From: Savitreella phatthalungensis
Lineage: Eukaryota
DNA length: 64,000 nucleotides
NCBI GenBank assembly: GCA_051599415.1
Contig: AP039702.1
Coordinates: 248,001-312,000, forward strand
Direction of reading: 5' to 3'
Shown here: in pieces, positions 9,475-19,716 of the stretch
How positions within the stretch are numbered: the stretch's first letter is position 1
How the letters are laid out: each line of letters begins with the position of its first letter
Made by a program: the position numbers and the translations under genes
Notes under the pieces: model-generated
The model's database searches: none
The model's input: only the letters and a program-made list of their open reading frames with translations
What the model was told of the DNA's origin: nothing

Positions 9475-11409
9475 ATGTCATCGCTTGCTATTCCGAAGCG
9501 CAAGAAGGTGAATCCTGCAGTAGCGCTTGCTGCAGCACGAAGACCTGTCTCAAGCGGTACAGGTCATGGCGTGTCCGATGCATCGATCAGCACGGGGAGC
9601 GGGAGCAGTCCGGCCTCTGGAGGCATTCAGATCAAGGCAGAGCCTGGAACGATTCCGGCAAATGGTGCAGGTGGAGGAGAGCGGAAGAAATGGACTTCTT
9701 ATACACTGCGCGCGGGCGACGTTACGGACGATCGCTTTAATGTCATGCGCATCGCTTCCCGCAGGCAGATCGACCCGGCAAAAGACCTTGTAAAGCCAAT
9801 CAAGCTAGCGAGACGCGACTTGCATGAGGTTCCGGAGTCCGCAGATGCCGCAACAGCTGCTGATACCGACGAGGTGATGGCAGAGGTGGAAACACCTGCC
9901 GCACCGCCTGTGGCACCGAGCGTCGCTCCATATGGAGGTCCTGTTAAGAAGCGCGGTTTCAACAAAAGGACTCGTCAGATCTATAGAGTGAACGAAAACA
10001 CGGCTCGACTCAGGATCGAAGAACGTCTGCCATGGATTCTCGAAGACTTTGATGGACAGTCTCTGGAAGGACATCTCGAGGGCGGACAAGCTGGCGGGTA
10101 CGTGTTCTTGCAATACAGTCCAGATGGATTCACCGTGACGCCTGTGTCGAAGTTCTTCAAGTTCCAGCACAGGGCGTCTTACCAGACTTTGTCGATTGAC
10201 GAGGCAGAGGAGCGGATGGGCAAGTCGAAGGCTCTCCCACGTTGGTTTATGAAGAATCACCGTGGCGATGAGGGAGCCAATGGTCCTGGCCTTGCGTCCA
10301 TGCCACAACACAGAATGAGGACCACCAATGCGGGGCCGGGCTCGCGTCAGTCACGCCAGCACAGTGTAAAGAAGGAGGAAATGGAGGAAGAGCTCGATTT
10401 CGAGGAGGACTTTGCTGACGACGAGGAGCAGCACGGTCTCGTAGAAAATGAAGAGGACAACAAGGAGCTCGAGGAGCGCATCAAGCGAGAGATGCTGTCT
10501 GCGAATGCATTGGGTGATGCAGAGCCAGGTGCAGAATCGGAGGACGAGGAGACGAAAAGGCAGCTCGACAAGGAAGGTCGACGACTGCAGAGATACCTTG
10601 AGAAGCTGGAGAAGAACAACATGTATCAGAATGACTCAGACTCGGACCCGTACAAATCGTCATCCGACTCTGAGAGCGAGAGCAAGGCTGACTCTGCGGT
10701 CAACAAGGACACAAATGCAGATGGAAATGCGGATGACAAGTCTGCGGAGAAGAAGCGTGATGACAGCATTCGTGATCGAGTGAATCGCCTGCAAAACACC
10801 TCGGTCACCACGTACAATACTCCGCAAGCGGAACAGGGACAATATGACGGCACGCCTCAGCCACCGCCGAGCAGCTCTGGCCACGCGACGCCAAGCAAGC
10901 ATCGACGGGAGCGTGAGCATGCGCTCGTGACGTTGAAAATCCCAAGGTACATCCTTGCGCGGTTTCCTGGAATCCCAGCTAGCTCCGTTGATGGTCAGCT
11001 TCGGAAGCGTCGAAACGGCAGCGTCGAAAGCGACCGTGACCCTAAGAAGCTCCGATTCGGAGGCACACCTGCAGGTTCACGTGGGGCTTCTCCGTCAGCT
11101 CGAGGCTCACGGGCAAGCACGCCGACGACAGCTTCGTCTACCGGTGGCGTGACGACCCAAGCCGATCTCATCACTCCCGACGAACTCCGTGAAATCATCC
11201 TCTCCAACGCTGGTCTCACGATGCGGGGCCTGCTCAAGATTCTCAAGCCGAGGCTGGTACATGCTCAGAACAAGGCGATGCTAGGAAACCTTCTCAGGCA
11301 GATCGGCACACAGACACAAAATGGCGTCCTCACGATTAAAGGCGTCGGCGGCACCGGTAGTGGAGGCGCACCCGTCGGTACACCTGTCGGCACCCCTCGA
11401 CCAGAGTGA
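9475..11409 (+). CDS. TFG1: TFIIF large subunit (Tfg1/RAP74)
   Basis: PWILEDFDG, FKFQHRASYQTLSIDEAEERM, EELDFEEDFADDEE and a C-terminal winged-helix-like end. First ATG 9475. Confidence 0.9.
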   Translation: MSSLAIPKRKKVNPAVALAAARRPVSSGTGHGVSDASISTGSGSSPASGGIQIKAEPGTIPANGAGGGERKKWTSYTLRAGDVTDDRFNVMRIASRRQIDPAKDLVKPIKLARRDLHEVPESADAATAADTDEVMAEVETPAAPPVAPSVAPYGGPVKKRGFNKRTRQIYRVNENTARLRIEERLPWILEDFDGQSLEGHLEGGQAGGYVFLQYSPDGFTVTPVSKFFKFQHRASYQTLSIDEAEERMGKSKALPRWFMKNHRGDEGANGPGLASMPQHRMRTTNAGPGSRQSRQHSVKKEEMEEELDFEEDFADDEEQHGLVENEEDNKELEERIKREMLSANALGDAEPGAESEDEETKRQLDKEGRRLQRYLEKLEKNNMYQNDSDSDPYKSSSDSESESKADSAVNKDTNADGNADDKSAEKKRDDSIRDRVNRLQNTSVTTYNTPQAEQGQYDGTPQPPPSSSGHATPSKHRREREHALVTLKIPRYILARFPGIPASSVDGQLRKRRNGSVESDRDPKKLRFGGTPAGSRGASPSARGSRASTPTTASSTGGVTTQADLITPDELREIILSNAGLTMRGLLKILKPRLVHAQNKAMLGNLLRQIGTQTQNGVLTIKGVGGTGSGGAPVGTPVGTPRPE

Positions 11410-11939
11410 AAAAGGACGAGACTACGTAGTAAGGCTTAAAGTGTAAGTCAGAGGAAGTACAGTGCAAGCCGTGTTTGGATGAGGCGGGGATGATGCTGTG
11501 GCCACAGAGAATTCGTACCGGGCGAGTATAGGTCGAGTCAGACAAATTGAGTGTCTAAGAGTTTGTGCATCCTCTTTTTGGTCTTAAGTGAGTGGCCACG
11601 TGCTTGGGCGTAGATGAGCCAGAGAAATTGAAGGAAGACCGATCAGTGAATTCTGAGATGAAGAGATCGTGGGAAATCTTTGAGACTCACCATAATTCGC
11701 GTACTTTATTAAGTCTGAAAATCAAATTTGGTGGGAAACATTATTGACTCAATTAGTAGCTCCTCTGTCTTGTTTAGTATCTCTTCTATTTTCTCCCCTT
11801 CCATCTTTAAGTGCCCACCTATCAATTAATTGTTCCAGCGCTGGCTCACACTGCTGCTGCCACTACAGGCTCTACTACCACACACACTCCGAAAGTAGTA
11901 TTAGCTAGATCCCCAGGCAGTCAATCAGTCAGTTAGTCT

Positions 11940-12195
11940 AATTACTCACTCACCAACTAACGCTCTCACTCACTTACTCGATCACTCACCTGCTCACTCA
12001 CTTACTCACTCCAGTGACCCAGTCACTCACTCACTCACTCAATCACTCTCTCAGTCGGAAGGCCATCCTCAGCCAGTCCGAGCAGCAGCATCAGGTGGGC
12101 CCTAGTCACTCACACACTCACTCACACACTCAGTACTCTCTCACTCAGTCACGCCTGACTCTCTCTCTCACTCTCTCTCTCTCTCTCTCAGCTCC
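11940..12195 (+). repeat. Degenerate (ACTC)n/(CT)n microsatellite tract upstream of RPS8
   Basis: Many ACTC/TCAC units and a CT run, read directly. Confidence 0.85.
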
Positions 12196-12348
12196 AAGTC
12201 TCCTGAGCTATCCCAGTCTGTCAACCCTTGGCTCAACCATTCACCCTAGTCTCAATCCTCACATCCACCATCACGAGCCCTGTTGTTCCTTTGCTCTCCT
12301 GCACAAGACATCAAAGAACCTTGTCGATAACATCCTCAGACACTCGAC

Positions 12349-12972
12349 ATGGGAATCTCGCGTGACTCGAGACACAAACGCAGCGCGACAGGCGCAAAGC
12401 GTGCGCAGTACAGGAAGAAGAGAAAGTTTGAACTCGGTCGTCAGGCTGCTGGAACAAAGATCGGTCCAAAGCGTGTGCACGAGGTCCGTGTCCGTGGTGG
12501 AAACCGCAAGTTCCGTGCACTTCGTCTGGAGGCAGGCAACTTCTCCTGGGGCTCTGAGGGCATCTCCCGCAAGTGCCGTATCATCCAGGTCGTCTACCAC
12601 CCTTCCAACAACGAGCTCGTCCGTACCAACTCCCTCACCCGCTCAGCCATCATTCAGATCGACGCTGCACCGCTCAGGCAGTGGTACGAGGCCCACTACG
12701 GCCAGACCATCGGCAAGGGCAAGGGCAACAAGAAGACGACCGAGGAGGACAAGGCTGCTGGTGAGGACAAGGTCTCCCAGTCAAAGCACGTTCTCCGCAA
12801 GCTCGCTTCCCGTGCACCGCTCGCCAAGGTCGAGGGCTCGATCGACTCCCAGTTTGCAGCAGGACGTCTTTACGCAGCAGTCTCATCCCGTCCAGGACAG
12901 TCTGGTCGTTGCGACGGCTACGTGCTCGAGGGCGAAGAGCTTGCCTTCCTCCTCAAGCAGATCCACAAGTAA
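12349..12972 (+). CDS. RPS8: 40S ribosomal protein S8 (eS8), intronless
   Basis: MGISRDSRHKRSATGAKRAQYRKKRKFELGRQ...SSRPGQSGRCDGYVLEGEEL, with strongly biased codons. Confidence 0.99.
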   Translation: MGISRDSRHKRSATGAKRAQYRKKRKFELGRQAAGTKIGPKRVHEVRVRGGNRKFRALRLEAGNFSWGSEGISRKCRIIQVVYHPSNNELVRTNSLTRSAIIQIDAAPLRQWYEAHYGQTIGKGKGNKKTTEEDKAAGEDKVSQSKHVLRKLASRAPLAKVEGSIDSQFAAGRLYAAVSSRPGQSGRCDGYVLEGEELAFLLKQIHK

Positions 12973-13725
12973 ACAAAAAAAGGGGACTCTGCCCATGAGG
13001 TAGATACCTGAAGGGACGAGCTGATTTGTCAACATACACCTGCACGAACCTCTCTCGAACAGATCTACCTTCACCACTTTCCATCATACCCTTCCCACTC
13101 CACTTCTCTTCAGTCACACACATACACACCACCTGTGCGACAGCGGTGACAAAGGCTATAAGGCCACATCAATCTATACAATTGGACAAGTACCCTTTGT
13201 ACTCGCTCTAGAGAAGCAAAATGACATGACCTTGAGCATCTACAAAACGAACACCTCCCTCGCGTGCACTTCCTACTTTGTTTCCCTTGACTGTACAAGC
13301 AATACACCTAGTTCTCTCCCAGTCGAACAGCAAAGATAGGCTCATCATGTCACTCTTCTGCTTTTTCTTCGACACTCTCCTGCTTTTCCTTCTGCCATGC
13401 GTACATTCTGTGTGGGACTGTGGAAGATTCATCTGGATTTTCACAGCAATCACGTGTTTCATGAGCAGGATCTCCAGAATACACCACATGCACGCTTGGA
13501 ACAAAGATCCATGGGACCGCTTGGATCCTCCCACCATCGACTTTTCATCACGATGATGCGCCCACTGTCTCGACCGTCATCATCCACCTCCTAGCCACCT
13601 CTTTACCGTCACTTTCACCCTCTTTTGAGGGTTACCGTATTTCGTCAAGAGAGCGGGATCTTCGCACTGTACTCCCTGCTACCTTGGCCGGGTCTGCGGA
13701 GCTGTTGGGTGGTGTTGGGAGCCGT

Positions 13726-14715
13726 ATGCATCCTGACATGACGTCCATGGCCGACACGATTGATCCGTCGGCCATGGACCCTGCTGCTCTGTCTCACGCT
13801 GGGAGCGAGGACGACACGACCGACCAGCACGTTCTCCAGATCCCCGTCGTCGGCGACAAGTACATCTCGCACGAGCAGGTCCGCCTGATGCTCGACAACT
13901 TTGCACGGCACGAAGGATTCGCAGTCAGCGTCCGAGCTAGCAACAAGATCAACTATCGCTGGCAGTGCGTCCACGGTGGCAAGTACCGTAACACTCGCAA
14001 GCCTCCACCACCGCCGACGCCGGCGGCCGCAGGTGTGCGCGAGGACGAGGGCACCCGGGTGGATGGGCTTGTGAGCTTGTCTGACCACGAGGGTGGGATG
14101 GTGGATGGTAAGGATGAGTGCGTGGGGACGTCGATGCTGGGGTATACGGATGAGATTGGGTTTCGGTCTGATGGTGAGGGGATTGTGGTTGAGGATGTTG
14201 TTGTTGTTGGGAAGTTGCGGCGCCACCACACCCGAAGGACCAACTGCCCTTTCCTCGTCCGCGCAGGCATGGACGACACGAACCTGTGGAAGATTACAAA
14301 GGTCATCCTCGACCACAACCACCCGCTCTCGCCACACGATCCCGCAATCTACCACCAGAACAGGGCGACCCCGCACGATCCCGCACGCAACCCTTACGAC
14401 ACCGCCGTCTCGGGAAAGGCACGCGCATCGGCACGCCGCAAGCCAAGTCATAGGGTCACACCAGACCCGCCACCACACCACACACACGACGAAGCCGCAG
14501 GTCCCGCCACGGACGTCAAGGACGCTAGGGATAGAGACAGGGATAGAGAGCTGGCCTCACAGCTTCTTGCAGCTTCGGGATTCACCCTCCCACCGGGACT
14601 CCCTGTCGCTCAGCTCATTCCACATATGCTTGAACTCCAGGCAGCGGCAGCGGCAGCAGCAGGTCATGGTTCAGTGACGACGCGGTCGATCGGTGTTCAA
14701 ACAGACCCGATGTGA
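13726..14715 (+). CDS. FAR1/AFT-like (WRKY-GCM1 fold, Mutator-derived) DNA-binding protein
   Basis: FARHEGFAVSV...WQCVHGGKYR...TRRTNCPFLVRA...WKITKVILDHNHPL gives a C..C..HxH zinc-ligand pattern. First ATG 13726. Confidence 0.75.
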   Translation: MHPDMTSMADTIDPSAMDPAALSHAGSEDDTTDQHVLQIPVVGDKYISHEQVRLMLDNFARHEGFAVSVRASNKINYRWQCVHGGKYRNTRKPPPPPTPAAAGVREDEGTRVDGLVSLSDHEGGMVDGKDECVGTSMLGYTDEIGFRSDGEGIVVEDVVVVGKLRRHHTRRTNCPFLVRAGMDDTNLWKITKVILDHNHPLSPHDPAIYHQNRATPHDPARNPYDTAVSGKARASARRKPSHRVTPDPPPHHTHDEAAGPATDVKDARDRDRDRELASQLLAASGFTLPPGLPVAQLIPHMLELQAAAAAAAGHGSVTTRSIGVQTDPM

Positions 14716-14769
14716 TAGGCTGTGGCGAGAGAGAGAGAGAAAAATACGAAATGGAATGAATGAATCAGA

Positions 14770-17103
14770 TTATGAGGAGGCGTGTAGAGGGGAAAGTCTT
14801 GAGATCTCTTTCGTGATTTCCCCGATGTTTTCCTTGAGAGCAGAAGCCTCGTCGAAAGCTCTGCGCTTGACGGCGTCGTTGTACGCAGACTCGAGTAGGA
14901 ATTTCTGCTCTAGGAATGGAAGCACTTCTTCCGCAACAGTCTCCGAAGGAGGCGAATCTGCCTGATTCTCAACCACGGGAGCTGCAAGCGCCGCAAGTCG
15001 TTCCGCGCGCTCTCGCTTCGACACCACTTTCGGCAGGGACGTGAGCGGGGTGGTGTGTGCGTGTAGCCAGGTGGTCGCTCTTCTGAGCATCTGGAGTCTG
15101 ATCTTGCGCTCCTCCGGTGAGCTTGCACGCCAGGCTCTGACGACCGCAGGAACTTCTGCCGCTGGAGTCTCACCGTCAGGGCCGGACTCGAGGTCAGGAG
15201 GATCAGCAGCGAGAGAGTTCGAGCGTACTGCGTAATTCGGTGCAAGCGATCTAGCCACGGCGTCATATCGACCCAGCGCATCGATCAGTCGTTTGCGAAC
15301 GCGCGCGACTTCGCGGACTTCATCGCGCGTGAGGCCGACCGAGGACGAAGTGGCGGCAGGCGGAGCGAAGGTGGAGGATAAGGTGGCGGAGCTGGACGTG
15401 CGCGAGTGAGCTGTATTGTTGGTGCTGCCTTTGCCGAACAGGGCATTGAGGGTCGCTAGCCCGCCGCTCCCACTGCTGCCGCTGGTTCCGGATGTCAATG
15501 CAGGCGGTGAGAGGAAGTCTCCATTCACAGAACCGTCCGGAGTGGCGGCAGAAGAGGTGCCATCATTGACAGACGAGGGTGCACGGCCACCGCCTCCATC
15601 AAGAGCGTCTAGCAGATGCTGGAAACGTGGCACCAAAGGAGCGATGCCGCGCTCCAGGTCACGAAGAGTTTCGTAAATGCGTATGTACTCCGGCTTGGCT
15701 GACCGATCCGTATTTGTCTTTGACGACCTTGCCGCTGCAGCTGCTGGCGTGCCGAAGACAGAATGTTGGCAAAGCTTACAGAGTCGTAGATCGATTCGAA
15801 CTTCATCGTCGCTGCCCTTTGTGGTTTGATCTTCTGGTGTGGTCTGCGTGGATCGGGTGATGCCGGCCTTGTCCGCCCGGAAAGATTTATCTGCCGAAAA
15901 GGGTACGACTGCAGAGCACTCTGTCTCTGGGTCACCGCAGCGCACCTTGCCACAAAGCCGACAGTGGTGCCGACGGCGAGCGTATGAATTAAAGGGACGA
16001 TCGCAGAGACGGCAGCTTGTCACCCCACGATCGTCCTCCCACGCGACGACGCTTTGCTCGAGCCGCTTTCGAGTTTGTGACTTTGAGAGCGTGCTCAGTC
16101 CCGAGAACAGAGACGACATGCTCAGTGCACCACCTGCCTGTGGCTGCAGTCCTTGAGTGTGCCCGTTGACTTCGGCCTCGTCGCTGAGAGCGAGCGACGC
16201 ATCTGGGAATGCGAGCGCCGTGAGTAGTCGGTCGAGTCTCTTTGTGAGACGATTTGTTTCGAGCTGGTGTCGAGCAGATGAGCGTAGTCGAAAATCCTTG
16301 AATGTCGCTGTCTGATCACGCTCGGCGCCACGGGTGTCGCTATACCAGGGACGAGCCTCGTAGCAGGTCTTGCAGACCCTGCACCAGATTCCCCGCACGG
16401 GCTCGTACGTCGCTGCACGCGAAAGCCGCATCTGGTACATCGTATGTTGGTCGCAGTAGATTTGGCCACAGTGACGGCAGTGCACGGGGCGCGATCGGTA
16501 TTTCAGCTTGCGTTCGCATCCGGGTAAGCTGCATCGAAGATCGGCGTCAGCATCCGCTCGCTGCCAGTGAGCTCGCGAAACGAGCTCGTCAGTCTCTTTG
16601 GCGGACTCGATGCCGGTCGGGGCTGCCGAAGGATGGTTCGGATTGGAACGGTCATGACCGTTACGCTGGAAGTCTTCTGATAAGCCAATACTGCGTGTGA
16701 TTGCTTGCACCGTCGCGTTGCGCGTCAAGATATTCTTGCCCTTGAACCAAGACCGCATGCCTCCATCTTGTGTAGCAGCAATTTCAGCATGTGCATCGTC
16801 CAAATGGCGATTCAGTGCTTGAAGAGTCGACAGCTGAAGTTGACAGATTGGACAGGTGATATTTGCAGGAGAATGTGCATCCTCATCAAACGAGCTGGGA
16901 GGATGGAGGTGCGAGGATGAGCTTAAGGTGCTACTCACACTGGACGTGCGTACCTGGTGTCCAGTTCCGTAAGGCACTCTGAGTCGTGCTGTTTGAGAGG
17001 GCACGTCCACGGTAGCTGCGTGCTGAACGACAGGTCTACCTAGAACGCGCCTGCCTGCAGGAGTTCCCGCGGCATTCCCACCACCTCTATCCTGGGGCCG
17101 CAT
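14770..17103 (-). CDS. PEP7: Vacuolar segregation protein Pep7/Vac1 (rabenosyn-5 family)
   Basis: N-terminal C2H2 (CPICQ...LNRHLDDAH), two FYVE-type fingers (WEDD...RRHHCRLCGKVRC), and a C-terminal Rab-binding helix (AVKRRAFDEASALKENIGEI). Confidence 0.93.
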   Translation of the reverse strand: MRPQDRGGGNAAGTPAGRRVLGRPVVQHAATVDVPSQTARLRVPYGTGHQVRTSSVSSTLSSSSHLHPPSSFDEDAHSPANITCPICQLQLSTLQALNRHLDDAHAEIAATQDGGMRSWFKGKNILTRNATVQAITRSIGLSEDFQRNGHDRSNPNHPSAAPTGIESAKETDELVSRAHWQRADADADLRCSLPGCERKLKYRSRPVHCRHCGQIYCDQHTMYQMRLSRAATYEPVRGIWCRVCKTCYEARPWYSDTRGAERDQTATFKDFRLRSSARHQLETNRLTKRLDRLLTALAFPDASLALSDEAEVNGHTQGLQPQAGGALSMSSLFSGLSTLSKSQTRKRLEQSVVAWEDDRGVTSCRLCDRPFNSYARRRHHCRLCGKVRCGDPETECSAVVPFSADKSFRADKAGITRSTQTTPEDQTTKGSDDEVRIDLRLCKLCQHSVFGTPAAAAARSSKTNTDRSAKPEYIRIYETLRDLERGIAPLVPRFQHLLDALDGGGGRAPSSVNDGTSSAATPDGSVNGDFLSPPALTSGTSGSSGSGGLATLNALFGKGSTNNTAHSRTSSSATLSSTFAPPAATSSSVGLTRDEVREVARVRKRLIDALGRYDAVARSLAPNYAVRSNSLAADPPDLESGPDGETPAAEVPAVVRAWRASSPEERKIRLQMLRRATTWLHAHTTPLTSLPKVVSKRERAERLAALAAPVVENQADSPPSETVAEEVLPFLEQKFLLESAYNDAVKRRAFDEASALKENIGEITKEISRLSPLHASS

Positions 17104-17485
17104 CTATGAGCAGAATTTCGCTGTGAGGGGATGAGGACCGCAGCTTGAAAGAAATCATCCTTGAAGCATTCTGGTGGCCAGCATGGCTGTGTTAGTCATG
17201 AACCATGCGCTTTGTCCTGCTGCTGGTCACAGGTGACGTATGGCTAATGTGTTTGTGCTGCTCGTCTCGTCCAGTGTATCCTCGCGCGTGCATATTACAC
17301 TGCATGTAGTCGATTTGGATCAAAGTCGGCAATTGCGGAGACCGGTGCAAGATTCAGTTTGGTGATTGAAAGATCGAAACTATGCACCCATAGATCGGTG
17401 TGTAGATGAAGTCAGCGTGGGTTTCCATCTTGTCTAACTCTCTCAAGGTCTTCTGAAGGGGTTCGGAGTTCAGAGAGGGATTCTG

Positions 17486-18066
17486 ATGAATGTTCCTTAT
17501 AAGCAGGCTTCCAAAGCTGTGATTATCGATGGGAATGAGCATGCGTTACAGGGGTATTGGCAATCGTTCAGCGACAAGATTCTGCTCATCATCACCCCGA
17601 ATGGACGGATAGGTCAGATGGTATGTGGTGTGGCCTTGAACACTCCATCGAAACGATTTCAGTGGAGCAGAGAGCTGACTTTTGACCTTGACAGATATCT
17701 GTGGATCTTGGCCGGGCTACGAAGATGCCTGCGATGCTGCCAGACAGCGAGGGTTTCGGGATGCTGCCAAATACGCATCTGACGCCTCACTTCCGGATGG
17801 GATCGTCAACGGATGCGCGAGCCGACATGACATCCTTGCTTGCTGTTCAGATCGGCAGTATGGTGGTTGAGCGAGATCCTACTGAGCGGCGGACTTTGCT
17901 GCTGGGAATCACCTTGCCAGGCAGCAGTAAGTTCTGGGACACAAACTCAGGTGGTGAAGCGGCTGAGCATGACACGGACGATGGACAACGAGGCAGAAGT
18001 AATGAAGAAGAAAAGAGGGCGCTGTTTCTGGCAGTGATGGAGCTTGCTGCGTCCGTGCGTATCTAG
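17486..18066 (+). CDS. Proteasome assembly chaperone 3 (PAC3/PSMG3/Poc3 family), 168 aa, one intron
   Basis: Exons 17486-17620 and 17695-18066, intron 17621-17694 (GTATGT...GCTGAC...CAG). FSDKILLIITPNGRIGQM|ISVDL...LPNTHLTP...QIGSMV...ERRTLLLGITL. Confidence 0.8.
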
Positions 18067-18522
18067 AAATGGAGTGCGAGATACACTGCCTTGACGAGCA
18101 AAGTTGCTGATTCATTCGGCGAACAACGCGAGCGAGCGATATGATGAGGTTGGTAGAAGAGCAACGAGTTGAAGCACACACACCGACAGACAGACAGACT
18201 CAGTCGTATGATCATGCATCAAGGCTTATCTGCAGATATCTGCAGATGTGATTCTATTCGGATTTGTCCTCGGACGGAGACGCAATTCAGAATCCCCTGT
18301 GTGAGCTTTTATGTTGTCATCGCTTACAGCAGTATCAGCAGTCAGAGAAGCAAGCGCAAGGACGACTGATGACGATAAATTATAGAATACTCGGAGCATG
18401 CAAGTCTGGACTGCTGTAAGTATCTGCACAATGCTCATGAAACCACCTTGCCACCATTCAGTGTTGCTATTTCCGTCCGTACAAACACACCCATCCGTGC
18501 ATGCATATGGCATGTGAGTCTA

Positions 18523-18602
18523 GCACAAGCACAAGCACAAGCAACACAAGCAGCACAAGCATCAGCACCAGCACCAGCACCAGCCCTAACACCAGCACAG
18601 GC
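18523..18602 (+). repeat. Degenerate hexamer repeat (GCACAA/GCACCA)n
   Basis: About 13 imperfect units, read directly, in an intergenic region. Confidence 0.75.
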
Positions 18603-19383
18603 ACTTTGTGAATCTCTACTTGAAACCAGATTGCGTGGAAGATACTGTTCTATGTCCACGAGCTGGATAGATCTGCTACAGGAAATATCACTTGGACTGG
18701 AAGGAAAGAATACTTGGAAGCTGCGATTGGTTCAAGCTGTAATCTACCCCACACAAACGCAGTTAATTCGATTCTTCGTGGCTATAACCAAGCCCATATC
18801 ATTCAGCTGCAGTCAGACGCTGAATTGTGAACTGTGAAACTACAGCGTTGTAGAGCTGGTGAGTATGATAGCTCAGAATACCCTTGAGGAACTGTCTCCG
18901 CTGGTCAAGAATCTGGACCGGCAAGGTCAGATCCGCGGATAGATGAGCAGCACCATCAGAAAGTAAACGGGCCTGGATCTTCAAGAACCAGTAGCATGAG
19001 TACTGTCATCATTTGTCCTTCCCATCTTCTCGTTCTGGGCGCCGCTTCCTAACATGAAACTTATCAGTCTGCCAACGGCAAGAGTAATCCCACCACGAGC
19101 AGATCTGTAGATTGCTGGAACTGACGATCGGTTTCGAGTTGAGATTGACCTTCTGGGTTGAATCATGTTAGGATCGATCGTCATCCTGCATCACACGTGT
19201 GCTGTGTGCGCGTCTGGGAGGCCGATGGAGGTTGTAACACGCGGGTCGATCGCAACAGTTGGCAACAGGTATTCAACACCACACACACACACACACATCG
19301 CTTGACTCTCCCTTCCACTCCATTCCATATCACGCAGGTCTACCATTCAAGAAGATCCGTCTGAAACGATACTTGCAACCACC

Positions 19384-19569
19384 ATGTCTGACGCACCCAA
19401 CACATCTGCCGACACTGCCAAAGCAGCTACTGCTACGGATGACCAGCCGTCGTTTGACCAGCTCCGACGCATGTCCCAGTCGGCTGACAACAAGGCCAAG
19501 TTGGAACGCACGGCATTCCTGGAGTCACTCTCCCGTGGTGATAAGACCAACCACCAGGGTAATCGCTGA
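19384..19569 (+). CDS. Small hydrophilic protein, 61 aa, unknown function
   Basis: Strong start context (caaccaccATGtct), host-like codons and an upstream (CA)n tract. Contains an RRMS motif. Confidence 0.6.
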   Translation: MSDAPNTSADTAKAATATDDQPSFDQLRRMSQSADNKAKLERTAFLESLSRGDKTNHQGNR

Positions 19570-19716
19570 GACCTGTCCCGTTCGCATTGACTTACAACGC
19601 CTCTCAACAACCCCAACATGTACACCCTCAGGATGCTATTCCAATATACTACTGTACTGTACCGCCATGTACTGTATCTGAGTCTAGTCGATTTAGAAGC
19701 TGATCAGATTCAGACT

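Noticed and set aside
12965..12980. Stop-overlapping donors at other gene ends (RPS8 GTAAAC, EAF7 GTAGGA, TFG1 GTGAAA)
   Set aside because: Weak donors with no nearby same-strand ORF to join, unlike the 23165 case.
12014..13003. 329-aa ORF overlapping RPS8 in another frame
   Set aside because: Non-ATG start. The N-terminus is translated ACTC/CT microsatellite and the rest is a shadow of the biased RPS8 codons.
18435..18837. ORFs with AQ/AP or CA/GA repeats on both strands
   Set aside because: Explained by the hexamer repeat, with no coding-like sequence outside it.
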